Shown here one piece after another: positions 9,667 through 18,137 of a stretch of DNA of 63,828 nt (position 1 is the stretch's first letter; every line of letters begins with the position of its first letter). The notes beneath the pieces were generated by a model. It was given only the letters and a program-made list of their open reading frames with translations, made no database searches and had not been told where the DNA came from. The stretch is from positions 1-63,828 of the IMG/VR virus record IMGVR_UViG_3300015370_000015. One strand, 5' to 3'. Origin of the DNA: a virus (lineage: Duplodnaviria > Caudoviricetes). The position numbers and the translations under genes were made by a program.

Positions 9667-9711
9667 TTGTTGATCTCCTTATTTAATTAAATTAGTATTG
9701 AATACTATTGA

Positions 9712-9719
9712 TAAATAGT
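9712..9719 (-). promoter_or_regulatory. putative late-promoter motif ACTATTTA
   Basis: One of about 9 ACTAnTTA copies found just upstream of structural and lysis genes. Confidence 0.55.
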
Positions 9720-9750
9720 TCTATATTTGCTAAAAATATAGAAAAATTAT

Positions 9751-10104
9751 TTATTCGAATTCTTCTTTAATAATATCATACATTTCTTTCACATCAGTTG
9801 CTTCAATTTCTTCAAGACCAAAATCATGTTTTTTACATATCTCTCTATAATTCTCTTTTCCCATAACTAGTATTTTCTGATAAACATTTGAAACTATATT
9901 GTGTTTTGATTTAGCATTATTTAAAAATTTTAAAAATAATGGATCTTCATTCATAAATTCATTTATCACAACATCCCAAAATTTACTCATACTTATTTCA
10001 TGGCGTGCTAAATGCAACCTAAAATCACCAATATCTTTTTCAATAATATCACCACGTATTACCAAGCCTTCCTTGGCTTTATGTGTCCATCTTCTAATTC
10101 TCAT
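9751..10104 (-). CDS. hypothetical protein
   Basis: 117-aa ORF in operon context. Confidence 0.6.
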   Translation of the reverse strand: MRIRRWTHKAKEGLVIRGDIIEKDIGDFRLHLARHEISMSKFWDVVINEFMNEDPLFLKFLNNAKSKHNIVSNVYQKILVMGKENYREICKKHDFGLEEIEATDVKEMYDIIKEEFE

Positions 10105-10116
10105 TTTGCCTACACC

Positions 10117-11199
10117 TTAACGCCTTGTCAAAATATGAGTAAAGCTTTCTTCTCTTCCAGCATTTGTTTGTTCAACAAACTTTGCGCACATTTGCAAGGA
10201 TTTGATATTTTCAACACCAGTATAAGATAACCCAGATTTAATGCCTTTCTTTAAATCTTCAATTACTCTCTTTACATCACCTATGTATGGAACTTGTGTA
10301 CTTATTCCTTCTTGATAGATTGTTGAAATTTTATCAAATTGTTTGTCCTCTTGTGCTTCAGCAGAAGCCATTCCTCTATAAACTTTGTAAATACCATCTT
10401 TTGTTTCCAAACATTTACCTGGAGCCTGTTCAGCACCAGCCAATAACGAACCAACCATTATAAAATCTGCACCAGCCGCTAAAGCTTTAACTATATCGCC
10501 ACTATATCTAATCCCACCATCAGCAATCATTTGAACATTTAATTCATCAGCTAATGATGCACAATCCAAAATTGTTTGAAACGTTGGAATTCCATGTCCA
10601 GTTTGGATTCTCGTAGAACAAATGGAACCTCCACCTATCCCACATCTTATGCTATCTGCACCCCACTTTGCCAAATCTTGAAGTCCTTCAGGAGTAGCAA
10701 TATTACCAGCCATAATATGTATTTCATTACCAAATGCATCTCTGATTTTCTTTATTGCCTTTTCCATTAAAACATGATGGCCATGAGCAATATCAATACA
10801 TATTATACTAACACCAGCTTTTTTAAGTTCTTTTGTTCGTTCAAAAAAATCACCAGATACTCCAACAGCAGCCGCAATTGGATACCAATCACTATTTTTG
10901 ATTTCATTCAAGACCAATTGTTCGACCATTGAAACTTGTTTTTTGGTAGTACAAAATCTATGAAGTATTGCTAAACAACCAACTTCTCTCATTGCTTTTG
11001 CCATTTCCAATTCTGAGATTGTATCCATTGGGCTGGCAATTATTGGCCCACTAAATGTAAAGCTTTCTCGCACAGGAGAAAAATTGATTACATTATTCAA
11101 CTTTTGAAAAGTATTTGTATTTTGACGACTTTCGATTTCTGAATATTGTGGAACCAACAAAACATCATCATATGACAATGCTTTACAGAATTTACTCAT
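10117..11199 (-). CDS. guaB: IMP dehydrogenase / GMP reductase family protein (no CBS domains)
   Basis: ALSYDDVLLVP, SPMDT, DIAHGH, the catalytic loop GIGGGSICSTR, ADGGIR, YRGMAS and EG motifs. Confidence 0.9.
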   Translation of the reverse strand: MSKFCKALSYDDVLLVPQYSEIESRQNTNTFQKLNNVINFSPVRESFTFSGPIIASPMDTISELEMAKAMREVGCLAILHRFCTTKKQVSMVEQLVLNEIKNSDWYPIAAAVGVSGDFFERTKELKKAGVSIICIDIAHGHHVLMEKAIKKIRDAFGNEIHIMAGNIATPEGLQDLAKWGADSIRCGIGGGSICSTRIQTGHGIPTFQTILDCASLADELNVQMIADGGIRYSGDIVKALAAGADFIMVGSLLAGAEQAPGKCLETKDGIYKVYRGMASAEAQEDKQFDKISTIYQEGISTQVPYIGDVKRVIEDLKKGIKSGLSYTGVENIKSLQMCAKFVEQTNAGREESFTHILTRR

Positions 11200-11423
11200 A
11201 ATTTCTCCTTGAATTCTAAATACCTATCCAAATAAAACTTTGCTTTTTTAAGATCTTCAAATTCATCATTTTTGTGTGGAGCACGGCAAATATATTTTAC
11301 TACATTGCCCAAATGGAATCCTAAATTTTGATCTTCAATAAAATCAATAATTTCTATTTTCCCTTGATTATAATGCGTTGGATGATTAACATTGTTTTCT
11401 TTTGAGTCTTTTATTCTTTTCAT
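11196..11423 (-). CDS. DUF3310-family protein
   Basis: VNHPTHYNQGKIEIIDFI...GNVVKYICRA..K...EDLKKA..Y signature. Confidence 0.85.
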   Translation of the reverse strand: MKRIKDSKENNVNHPTHYNQGKIEIIDFIEDQNLGFHLGNVVKYICRAPHKNDEFEDLKKAKFYLDRYLEFKEKL

Positions 11424-11424
11424 C

Positions 11425-11655
11425 TCATTCTTCCTTTTCTATATTATAACAAATACACTTTTTCCGGAAAAAATCATATTCACCACAATCAAAACCCTCC
11501 ATTATGCATTTTCTTCTACAATCTGGATCTAATCCCTCTTTTTCGAATTGTCCTATTATGCTCCAAAGAATCGCAAATCCACAAATTATTAATAATAATG
11601 TAGCTGCAACAATAGCAACTACATACAACAAAATACTTTTCATACTATTTTTCAT
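11425..11655 (-). CDS. small membrane protein with Cys-rich C-terminus
   Basis: One TM segment followed by four Cys residues. Confidence 0.55.
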   Translation of the reverse strand: MKNSMKSILLYVVAIVAATLLLIICGFAILWSIIGQFEKEGLDPDCRRKCIMEGFDCGEYDFFRKKCICYNIEKEE

Positions 11656-11711
11656 TTATTGGTGTCTCCTACATTAATTTCACCTCCCTTCCTAAACTAT
11701 TTCCATCCTAA

Positions 11712-12149
11712 TTAATATTTGCCTGTTGATCCAAAACCGTTAGTACCACGCTCTGTTTCAGATAAACCAAATGTTTCTTCAAAAACTTGATATGGTACCT
11801 TCACCAAAACAGCTTGCGCAAACCTTTCTCCTTTGCGTAGTTTAAAGGCTTTTGATGCCTTTACGTGGATGATTATCCTCCCACGATAATCATTATCAAT
11901 AAGACCACTAGTTACCAAATATGCCCCATACTGGCTAGCAAACCCAGAACGTAAATATATTTTCCAACAATAGTCATCTGGTAATTCAACTAAAATTCCT
12001 GTATCAATTTCGGTAATTATATTTTCTCTAGCATTTACTGTTTTGCAAGTATATAAATCAGCACCAGCTGATCCACTTGTTTTTACAGTAGGAATAATAG
12101 CATCGGGGTGACTTCTCTTAATCAAAATTTTTTCTTCTGTTCTAAGCAT
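11712..12149 (-). CDS. dut: trimeric dUTPase
   Basis: Motifs SAGADL, RSG, GLIDNDYRG, AQ and RGTNGFGSTG. Confidence 0.95.
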   Translation of the reverse strand: MLRTEEKILIKRSHPDAIIPTVKTSGSAGADLYTCKTVNARENIITEIDTGILVELPDDYCWKIYLRSGFASQYGAYLVTSGLIDNDYRGRIIIHVKASKAFKLRKGERFAQAVLVKVPYQVFEETFGLSETERGTNGFGSTGKY

Positions 12150-12166
12150 AGTGTTACTCCTTTACC

Positions 12167-12463
12167 TTAATTATCATCATCAATGAACGAAAAGCACAAT
12201 TGTTTTTCATCTTCTGCTTTTTCTTCTATTTTTTCTTTCTCGAAAATTCTTTTGTTGTCTTCGCACACTGCCCAACCAGATGAATTCCACTTGTCAACCA
12301 TTTGACGCCAACATAAAATTGGTATTTGAACCAATATGTTAAAATTATCAACAGAAAAATCAATATCTTCATTACATAATTTTAGATAAACATGGTCATG
12401 ATCAAACACATCAGAGTAAAAATGATGCAAGTGGTTATGTGAGATTGTTGTTTTTGTGCTCAT
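12167..12463 (-). CDS. hypothetical protein
   Basis: Track ORF 12167..12508. The likely start is ATG 12463 (MSTKTTI) after an AAGGA RBS. Confidence 0.6.
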   Translation of the reverse strand: MSTKTTISHNHLHHFYSDVFDHDHVYLKLCNEDIDFSVDNFNILVQIPILCWRQMVDKWNSSGWAVCEDNKRIFEKEKIEEKAEDEKQLCFSFIDDDN

Positions 12464-12480
12464 TTGAAATCCTTTTAATT

Positions 12481-15400
12481 TTAATTTACAATCACTACGT
12501 TTTTCCAAATTTGTCTAATTGAATATCCCCATTGGGAATCATAATGGACATCCTTTGCAATATATAAACGATTTGGATACATCTTATTCTTTTCAATATT
12601 CACATTCCAGCATTTTACTTTAAATTCAGCACCACTATCATCAGTTACTGTCAACGAATAATAATGAGAATTATTTTTAGTTTTGCTTATTTGGACACCT
12701 TTTGTTACGAACCATACATATTCCAAGTCTTTATCGTATTGACCAATTGGTTGAATATACTTATCTTTTAATTGTTCCAATACAAACTTGTTGACTACTA
12801 ATTCAAATGGATAAATTCCTGTTAAATCATAAAGCATTTGAATATATTCATTTTTATCATAGTCGTCTATGTCAGCAAATTCTAAAATGTTTTTCTCAAG
12901 CGCTTCAGCATTCTTTGGTCTATTTTCAGCAATGCATTTATAAAAATGAGCATTGTTTTTAAATCTAAAATCCATCAAGTTTTTCATTGAATTACTTTTA
13001 GCTAATATCCCAACAGCCTTTTTATTAAATTTGTTATAAGCTATTTTATCATTGAATAAAACTTCTTCAATTGTGTTGAAAGGCCTATGTGCCATGATTT
13101 GCTCTATTGCTTTTATACCCAAACCCTTAATAAAAGTCAATGGTGGAATCAATGTTTTATCATCTTTTATTTTCCATATCTCAGCTGAAGAATCATTGAT
13201 ATCAAATGATTCAATATCAATCCCAGAATGTTTAACTAATGATATTGCCAATTCTTTCTTTTTTTCTGATTCCTTGTCGAGAAATGCAGCACACCATTCT
13301 ATAGGGTAATGGTAATACAACCACGCACACTGATAAGAAATCACAGAATATGAAAGAGCATGACTATTTGAAACAGAAATCCCATTAGCATAAAAAGAAT
13401 GATCATCATGCTCAACTTCTATATCATAAGTTTCGTCATTTCCATATGGTTGCATTTCGATTATTTTTTCAAAAATACCATTTTCAATTAAAATTTCATC
13501 TTTTCGCTCAAGAATGTCTTTCAAGGGACGCATGCCAGATTCAGTTTCTATTTTGTGATCTAAGGTGCAAACCAATTCTTTACCAGTTTTGGTCATAATT
13601 TTTACTAAATCCTTTTTACCATTTATGTAAACATAATTTATTCTAACAAAACCATTTTTACTGTTAACATATTCACATGCATTGACGTCTTCAATTGTTT
13701 TAAATCCAGTTTTAGTTTCTACTATGGTATCTTTGTGTAAACATTTATTGAAACCATAACCGCTAAAATATGCAATTTTATTTAATAATTCTCTGGCAAC
13801 ATTCATTTTCATTCCTTTCTCAATACAGCCAGTAATAAATTTATCATCAATATCATCTTTTATTTTTTGTTTTTCTGGAGCCAATTTTCTACCTGCTGTT
13901 GCTGATATATCCTTCATCCACTTAGAATAAACTTTGCGCATCAAATTGGCTTCATCCAGAGAAATACCTTTTCCCATTTTGTTCGCCAGCAAAGCTAGGT
14001 CTTCTTGGAAAATAATATGACCATAACTATCTTCCAGAATTTGTTTAACTATTTTATGTTCATATTCTACTTCTTCTGGATTGTTCTTCGCAGCCACATA
14101 TGTTTCATGAACATTTGCTGATAGTGGACCTGGCCTGAAAATTGCAGTAATTGTAGCCAACTCTTTAATTGTTTTTGGTTTGACACGCATACATAAATTT
14201 TGTGCGCCTTTACCAGTAAATTGGAAAATTCCAACAAAATTACCATCTTCGAACACATGCTTCCAGACCCTTTCATCATTGAAATCAATGTGATCGGGAT
14301 GTAAATGTTCATCATAAAATGCTTTAATATTTTCAAAACTGTTTTCTATCTTTTTGCGCGTCAAGAGATTTGAAACTGCCTGCTCAATCATTGCTAACGT
14401 TGACAGACCAAGAATATCAAATTTTATAAATCCCATTGGCTCCAAATGGTGAACATTCATTCCTTCACCCCATGGAGTTTGGATAATTCCTCTATTGTTA
14501 ATAAGTGGCATTTTTTTATCTAGGTTCTGCGATACCAAAACCCCTCCAGCATGTCTTGAGCAGCTTTTTATTTGGCCATACAAATTTTCAACATATTCAG
14601 CAAGTTGTGGATACTTTTTGAAATATTTACGCAAACTCTTACTATGTGTTCTTACTTCATCAAATGTTGGTGTATATACACCAGCTGTAATTCCATGTTT
14701 CTCCTTAATATAAGGCATTGCTTCCCACTCCATTACTGAGGTAACTTCATTTGATTCTTTAAATGGGATTTCATATAATCTTGAAATATCTTTGATTAAA
14801 GATTTTAATTTCAATGTATTAAAATTTGATATTGGCACAACTGAATATTCACCCCATTCCTCTATTAATTTATTTTTAAACTTCATTGGATCACTAACAT
14901 CATAATCGATATCAGGATACCCAATTGTTGCTTGGTCTTCACTCATAAAACGTGAAAACAGCAAATTGTATTTTAATGGATCAATTTGAGTAATTCCCAA
15001 TACATATGAAGTTAATGCTCCACCAGCAGAACCTCTTCCACACCCAGTTAGCATTAATTTATTGGCTTTATCGGATATTGCTTTCATAATCAAAAAATAT
15101 CCTGAATATCCATTCTTTGTTATGACATCAATTTCATATTGCAATTTTTCTCTATAAAAATCATTGAGTTTTAGTTTGTTAAACCTTTCCCAACAAGCCT
15201 TCTTAAACTCTTCATCAGCTGAAACATCTTTAGGCACAATGAAATCTGGCAATTCAATTTTTGTATTGATATTAAAATCCTCAACCAAAGAATGTGCAAT
15301 AATGTGTGAATTTTCAATACTTTCTGCAATTATATCATCATCATAGCAAACATTCAAATGTTGCGATACATATTTATACAAACTCCAAATTTGTCCACCA

Positions 15401-16260
15401 TTCCTTGGATATAACCAATATTGCAGTTTATCAATTGAATCTGGAATAGAATTGAGTTCAATATTTCCTATAAATCCTAGTTTTTTCAAAACTTCTCTAC
15501 ATTTCCAATATTTAGGCTCTGGATAATGAACATCAGTAGTTGTCAATAATTTGAACCCGCATTCTTTGCTGGCCCTTATAATCAATTTATTCAAAATATG
15601 TTGATCGGTTAAATTATTCCATTGTAATTCACCATACCAATTTTCTCCAAATACCCCAGTTAATTCTTCAGCTGTTTCACAAATGAGTTTTATTATTTCA
15701 TTTTCCGATTTATCTTTATTCTGATAATAAATTCCACCGAATATACCACCAAGACAGGCAGTGCTTGCTATTAATCCCTCGTTATGCTCTTTCAGCAAAG
15801 AAAAATCAATTCTTGGATAATAATAAAAGTTTTCTCGTCGGAAACTTTTTGTTACAAGTTGAAATAAATTCTCTAAGCCATTGTTATTCTTTGCTAGCAA
15901 TAAAAGGTGTCTCTTGCTTCTTAACCCAGCTTTGAAATCCTTTTCTTCATCTTCAACATATGAAGATGATATTACCATCTTTTTCTTTTTGTTTTTTGAT
16001 TGTTTATGTAATCCCCTCCATTCTTCTATAGATGGAATAAAATATGCTTCAACGCCGTAAATATTTTTAATGTTTTTGCCCACTTTTCTAAAATTTTGTT
16101 GTGTTTGATATTGATACACCAGGGAGTTCATGTTGCCATGGTTTGTAATGGATAAGGCTTTACATCCTATTTGCCATAAATATTCAGCAAGCTGCTCTGG
16201 ATAACCAAAACCATCAAAGCTGCTAAATGTATCGTGCGCGTGTAAATTTTCAAATTTCAT
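12481..16260 (-). CDS. dnaE: DNA polymerase III alpha subunit (family C), intein-containing
   Basis: PHP domain (LHAH, ITNHG, GVEAY, HLLLLA, DVHY), GRGSA, catalytic PDIDYD, RHAGGV, KFDILGL, GYGFNK..SH and a C-terminal OB fold. Confidence 0.95.
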   Translation of the reverse strand: MKFENLHAHDTFSSFDGFGYPEQLAEYLWQIGCKALSITNHGNMNSLVYQYQTQQNFRKVGKNIKNIYGVEAYFIPSIEEWRGLHKQSKNKKKKMVISSSYVEDEEKDFKAGLRSKRHLLLLAKNNNGLENLFQLVTKSFRRENFYYYPRIDFSLLKEHNEGLIASTACLGGIFGGIYYQNKDKSENEIIKLICETAEELTGVFGENWYGELQWNNLTDQHILNKLIIRASKECGFKLLTTTDVHYPEPKYWKCREVLKKLGFIGNIELNSIPDSIDKLQYWLYPRNGGQIWSLYKYVSQHLNVCYDDDIIAESIENSHIIAHSLVEDFNINTKIELPDFIVPKDVSADEEFKKACWERFNKLKLNDFYREKLQYEIDVITKNGYSGYFLIMKAISDKANKLMLTGCGRGSAGGALTSYVLGITQIDPLKYNLLFSRFMSEDQATIGYPDIDYDVSDPMKFKNKLIEEWGEYSVVPISNFNTLKLKSLIKDISRLYEIPFKESNEVTSVMEWEAMPYIKEKHGITAGVYTPTFDEVRTHSKSLRKYFKKYPQLAEYVENLYGQIKSCSRHAGGVLVSQNLDKKMPLINNRGIIQTPWGEGMNVHHLEPMGFIKFDILGLSTLAMIEQAVSNLLTRKKIENSFENIKAFYDEHLHPDHIDFNDERVWKHVFEDGNFVGIFQFTGKGAQNLCMRVKPKTIKELATITAIFRPGPLSANVHETYVAAKNNPEEVEYEHKIVKQILEDSYGHIIFQEDLALLANKMGKGISLDEANLMRKVYSKWMKDISATAGRKLAPEKQKIKDDIDDKFITGCIEKGMKMNVARELLNKIAYFSGYGFNKCLHKDTIVETKTGFKTIEDVNACEYVNSKNGFVRINYVYINGKKDLVKIMTKTGKELVCTLDHKIETESGMRPLKDILERKDEILIENGIFEKIIEMQPYGNDETYDIEVEHDDHSFYANGISVSNSHALSYSVISYQCAWLYYHYPIEWCAAFLDKESEKKKELAISLVKHSGIDIESFDINDSSAEIWKIKDDKTLIPPLTFIKGLGIKAIEQIMAHRPFNTIEEVLFNDKIAYNKFNKKAVGILAKSNSMKNLMDFRFKNNAHFYKCIAENRPKNAEALEKNILEFADIDDYDKNEYIQMLYDLTGIYPFELVVNKFVLEQLKDKYIQPIGQYDKDLEYVWFVTKGVQISKTKNNSHYYSLTVTDDSGAEFKVKCWNVNIEKNKMYPNRLYIAKDVHYDSQWGYSIRQIWKNVVIVN
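13366..13743 (-). mobile_element. mini-intein (126 aa, no homing endonuclease) in DnaE
   Basis: Begins CLHKDTIVET (block A), has CTLDHKI (block B TxxH) and ends TYDIEV...FYANGISVSN before Ser+1. Removing it restores GYGFNK-SHA. Confidence 0.93.
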
Positions 16261-17014
16261 GATATTCCTGCAAGATGTTAAAATTACTTTTCATATATTC
16301 TTTATAGTTTTTCCAATTACTGATATCAAAATACCATGGTAAGGTAACCATACCATCATCTTCAAAGTTAAGACAGGAAAACAGTTTGTCAAGAGGAATA
16401 GTTTCTTTTGCTTGTACAAGGTTTTGATAATTTGCATAAAGCATATTCCACTCTTTTGCGCCAAACGATATTCCCAAATATTCATTGTCTTTGATTGTCT
16501 TATTGTCGTAAGTAACAAATTGGTTTATTGAGCTTTTAAACATTTTTTTATTAATACCAATATAATTAATTGGACTAACACTATAAGGGAATGATATATA
16601 ATATTTGCCTGGAACTAGCCACCTTGCCATATTAACAGAAATTTCATATGCAATCCACGCACCATACAAAATACTCCAAGATAAATCATATTTTTTAAAT
16701 CTTTCACCCATTTGCAAAGGTGGCAAAGAAATATAATAAATTGGTCTTTGTATGTTATGAAATGATGCAGCTAGCCAATCACCTAATGTTTTTCTCAATA
16801 TGGGTTTTGAGCTATGTGGACATACCACCCATATTGTTGTGGCACCAGCCGCAGTAGCCTCTAAAGCTGCAGCATGAATAGCAGTTATTTTATCTTCAAC
16901 TGGCATTAAACAATCATGCCACAAATACCCAAAAGTATCCTTTAGGTTTGCTGGTATTATTCCAGCTAGATGAAACCTTTTTTTTGCAAATGGTCTTATG
17001 ATCATCTCTTGCAT
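16250..17014 (-). CDS. nucleotidyltransferase-fold (GT-A-like) protein, divergent
   Basis: HLAGIIPA...LMPV...AGATTIWVV...W.DI is laid out like sugar-nucleotidyltransferases but lacks the GxGTR loop. Confidence 0.45.
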   Translation of the reverse strand: MQEMIIRPFAKKRFHLAGIIPANLKDTFGYLWHDCLMPVEDKITAIHAAALEATAAGATTIWVVCPHSSKPILRKTLGDWLAASFHNIQRPIYYISLPPLQMGERFKKYDLSWSILYGAWIAYEISVNMARWLVPGKYYISFPYSVSPINYIGINKKMFKSSINQFVTYDNKTIKDNEYLGISFGAKEWNMLYANYQNLVQAKETIPLDKLFSCLNFEDDGMVTLPWYFDISNWKNYKEYMKSNFNILQEYHEI

Positions 17015-17841
17015 AGTTTTTTCTTACCCAATAATTCATTTTTAATAACAACTGGCGATGATTCTTGTTTTGATATTGAATGCAGAATTTCCACAAAATT
17101 TAAATTGCAAAACTCAATGTTTTTATTTGAAGTTTTTAGTTTACAATTTGTAAACCTTTTATTTTCAATTATTTCTCTCTTAACCAACTCTATTTCACAA
17201 TCTATTTCACATTTTTCTCTAAAGAACTTCCTGAGTTTCACTTTTGTAAAAGAAGGATGAAAGTCTCTTTTTGTATCAAAAGCTGAAATAATCATTGAAC
17301 CTCTAAAGAAATTCCTGTTAGAAACCATTGAACTCATTTGCCAAAAGTTGAAATCAGGCTTTATTGCTTTTTTGGTAAACTTTGAATAATCAACTACTTT
17401 TGTTGTGCTTTCAAATTGTGATTTTGTATAAAGTAAGTTTTGAATTTGCGTAGGATCAAATACTACTATCTTGTTTGCCAAGATACGATCATTTATTTTA
17501 AAACCCATTATTACAACGCTGCCATCGTCTTCATTATAAATGAGCGTTTTTATTCTACCTGGATAGAACATCTTGCCACACAGAGATAAAGCATATAGTA
17601 ATCTTGTCCATATTACTGCTTTTTGCACACCAAAGCAAGCTATTTCTCCTGATTTTAATTTATAAACAGGAGATTTATTTTGTATTGCTAGCTTTGAAAT
17701 GTCTATGCTTTTTGAAAGGAAATCAAATTCGAATGGGCATTTGAAATCTGTTGATAATATTATACTATTAGTCAAATAAGAATATACAACAGCTTCAAGC
17801 GAAGAACCAATTACAATCTGCTCACAGGTTTTCTTTTGCAA
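17002..17841 (-). CDS. hypothetical protein with degenerate Rossmann-like N-terminus
   Basis: QIVIGSSLEAVVYSY resembles the beta-alpha start of a dinucleotide-binding fold. Confidence 0.5.
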   Translation of the reverse strand: MQKKTCEQIVIGSSLEAVVYSYLTNSIILSTDFKCPFEFDFLSKSIDISKLAIQNKSPVYKLKSGEIACFGVQKAVIWTRLLYALSLCGKMFYPGRIKTLIYNEDDGSVVIMGFKINDRILANKIVVFDPTQIQNLLYTKSQFESTTKVVDYSKFTKKAIKPDFNFWQMSSMVSNRNFFRGSMIISAFDTKRDFHPSFTKVKLRKFFREKCEIDCEIELVKREIIENKRFTNCKLKTSNKNIEFCNLNFVEILHSISKQESSPVVIKNELLGKKKLCKR

Positions 17842-18127
17842 AATAACCTAAAATGTAATTTTCTAAAATTAAATAATATTCTTCATTTTCGTAACTGAAT
17901 TTCTCAATCATTGTATTGTTGACAACAACATAATCACCAATTTTAAAACCAACTGAAATGTTCGAAGACACACTTTGCACTTGATAAACCTTATATTTTG
18001 ACTCTATTGTTGTATTTGTTTCTGCAATGTAAAACTTGATTTTTTGAGAATCAACATTTTGCATTTTGCTCTGTTGTGACACTGGTGATAAATAAATGTA
18101 TCTATTTGTTGGTACAAAGTTTCTCAT
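17822..18127 (-). CDS. GroES-like co-chaperonin (divergent)
   Basis: Likely start MRNFVPTNRYIYL (GGAG RBS), matching the GroES xPLxDRVxV pattern. Also V.SVS...FKIGDYVV and YENEEYYLILENYILG (GroES dgeeYlilrEsDILa). Confidence 0.7.
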   Translation of the reverse strand: MRNFVPTNRYIYLSPVSQQSKMQNVDSQKIKFYIAETNTTIESKYKVYQVQSVSSNISVGFKIGDYVVVNNTMIEKFSYENEEYYLILENYILGYFAKENL

Positions 18128-18137
18128 TTTTAGTCTC

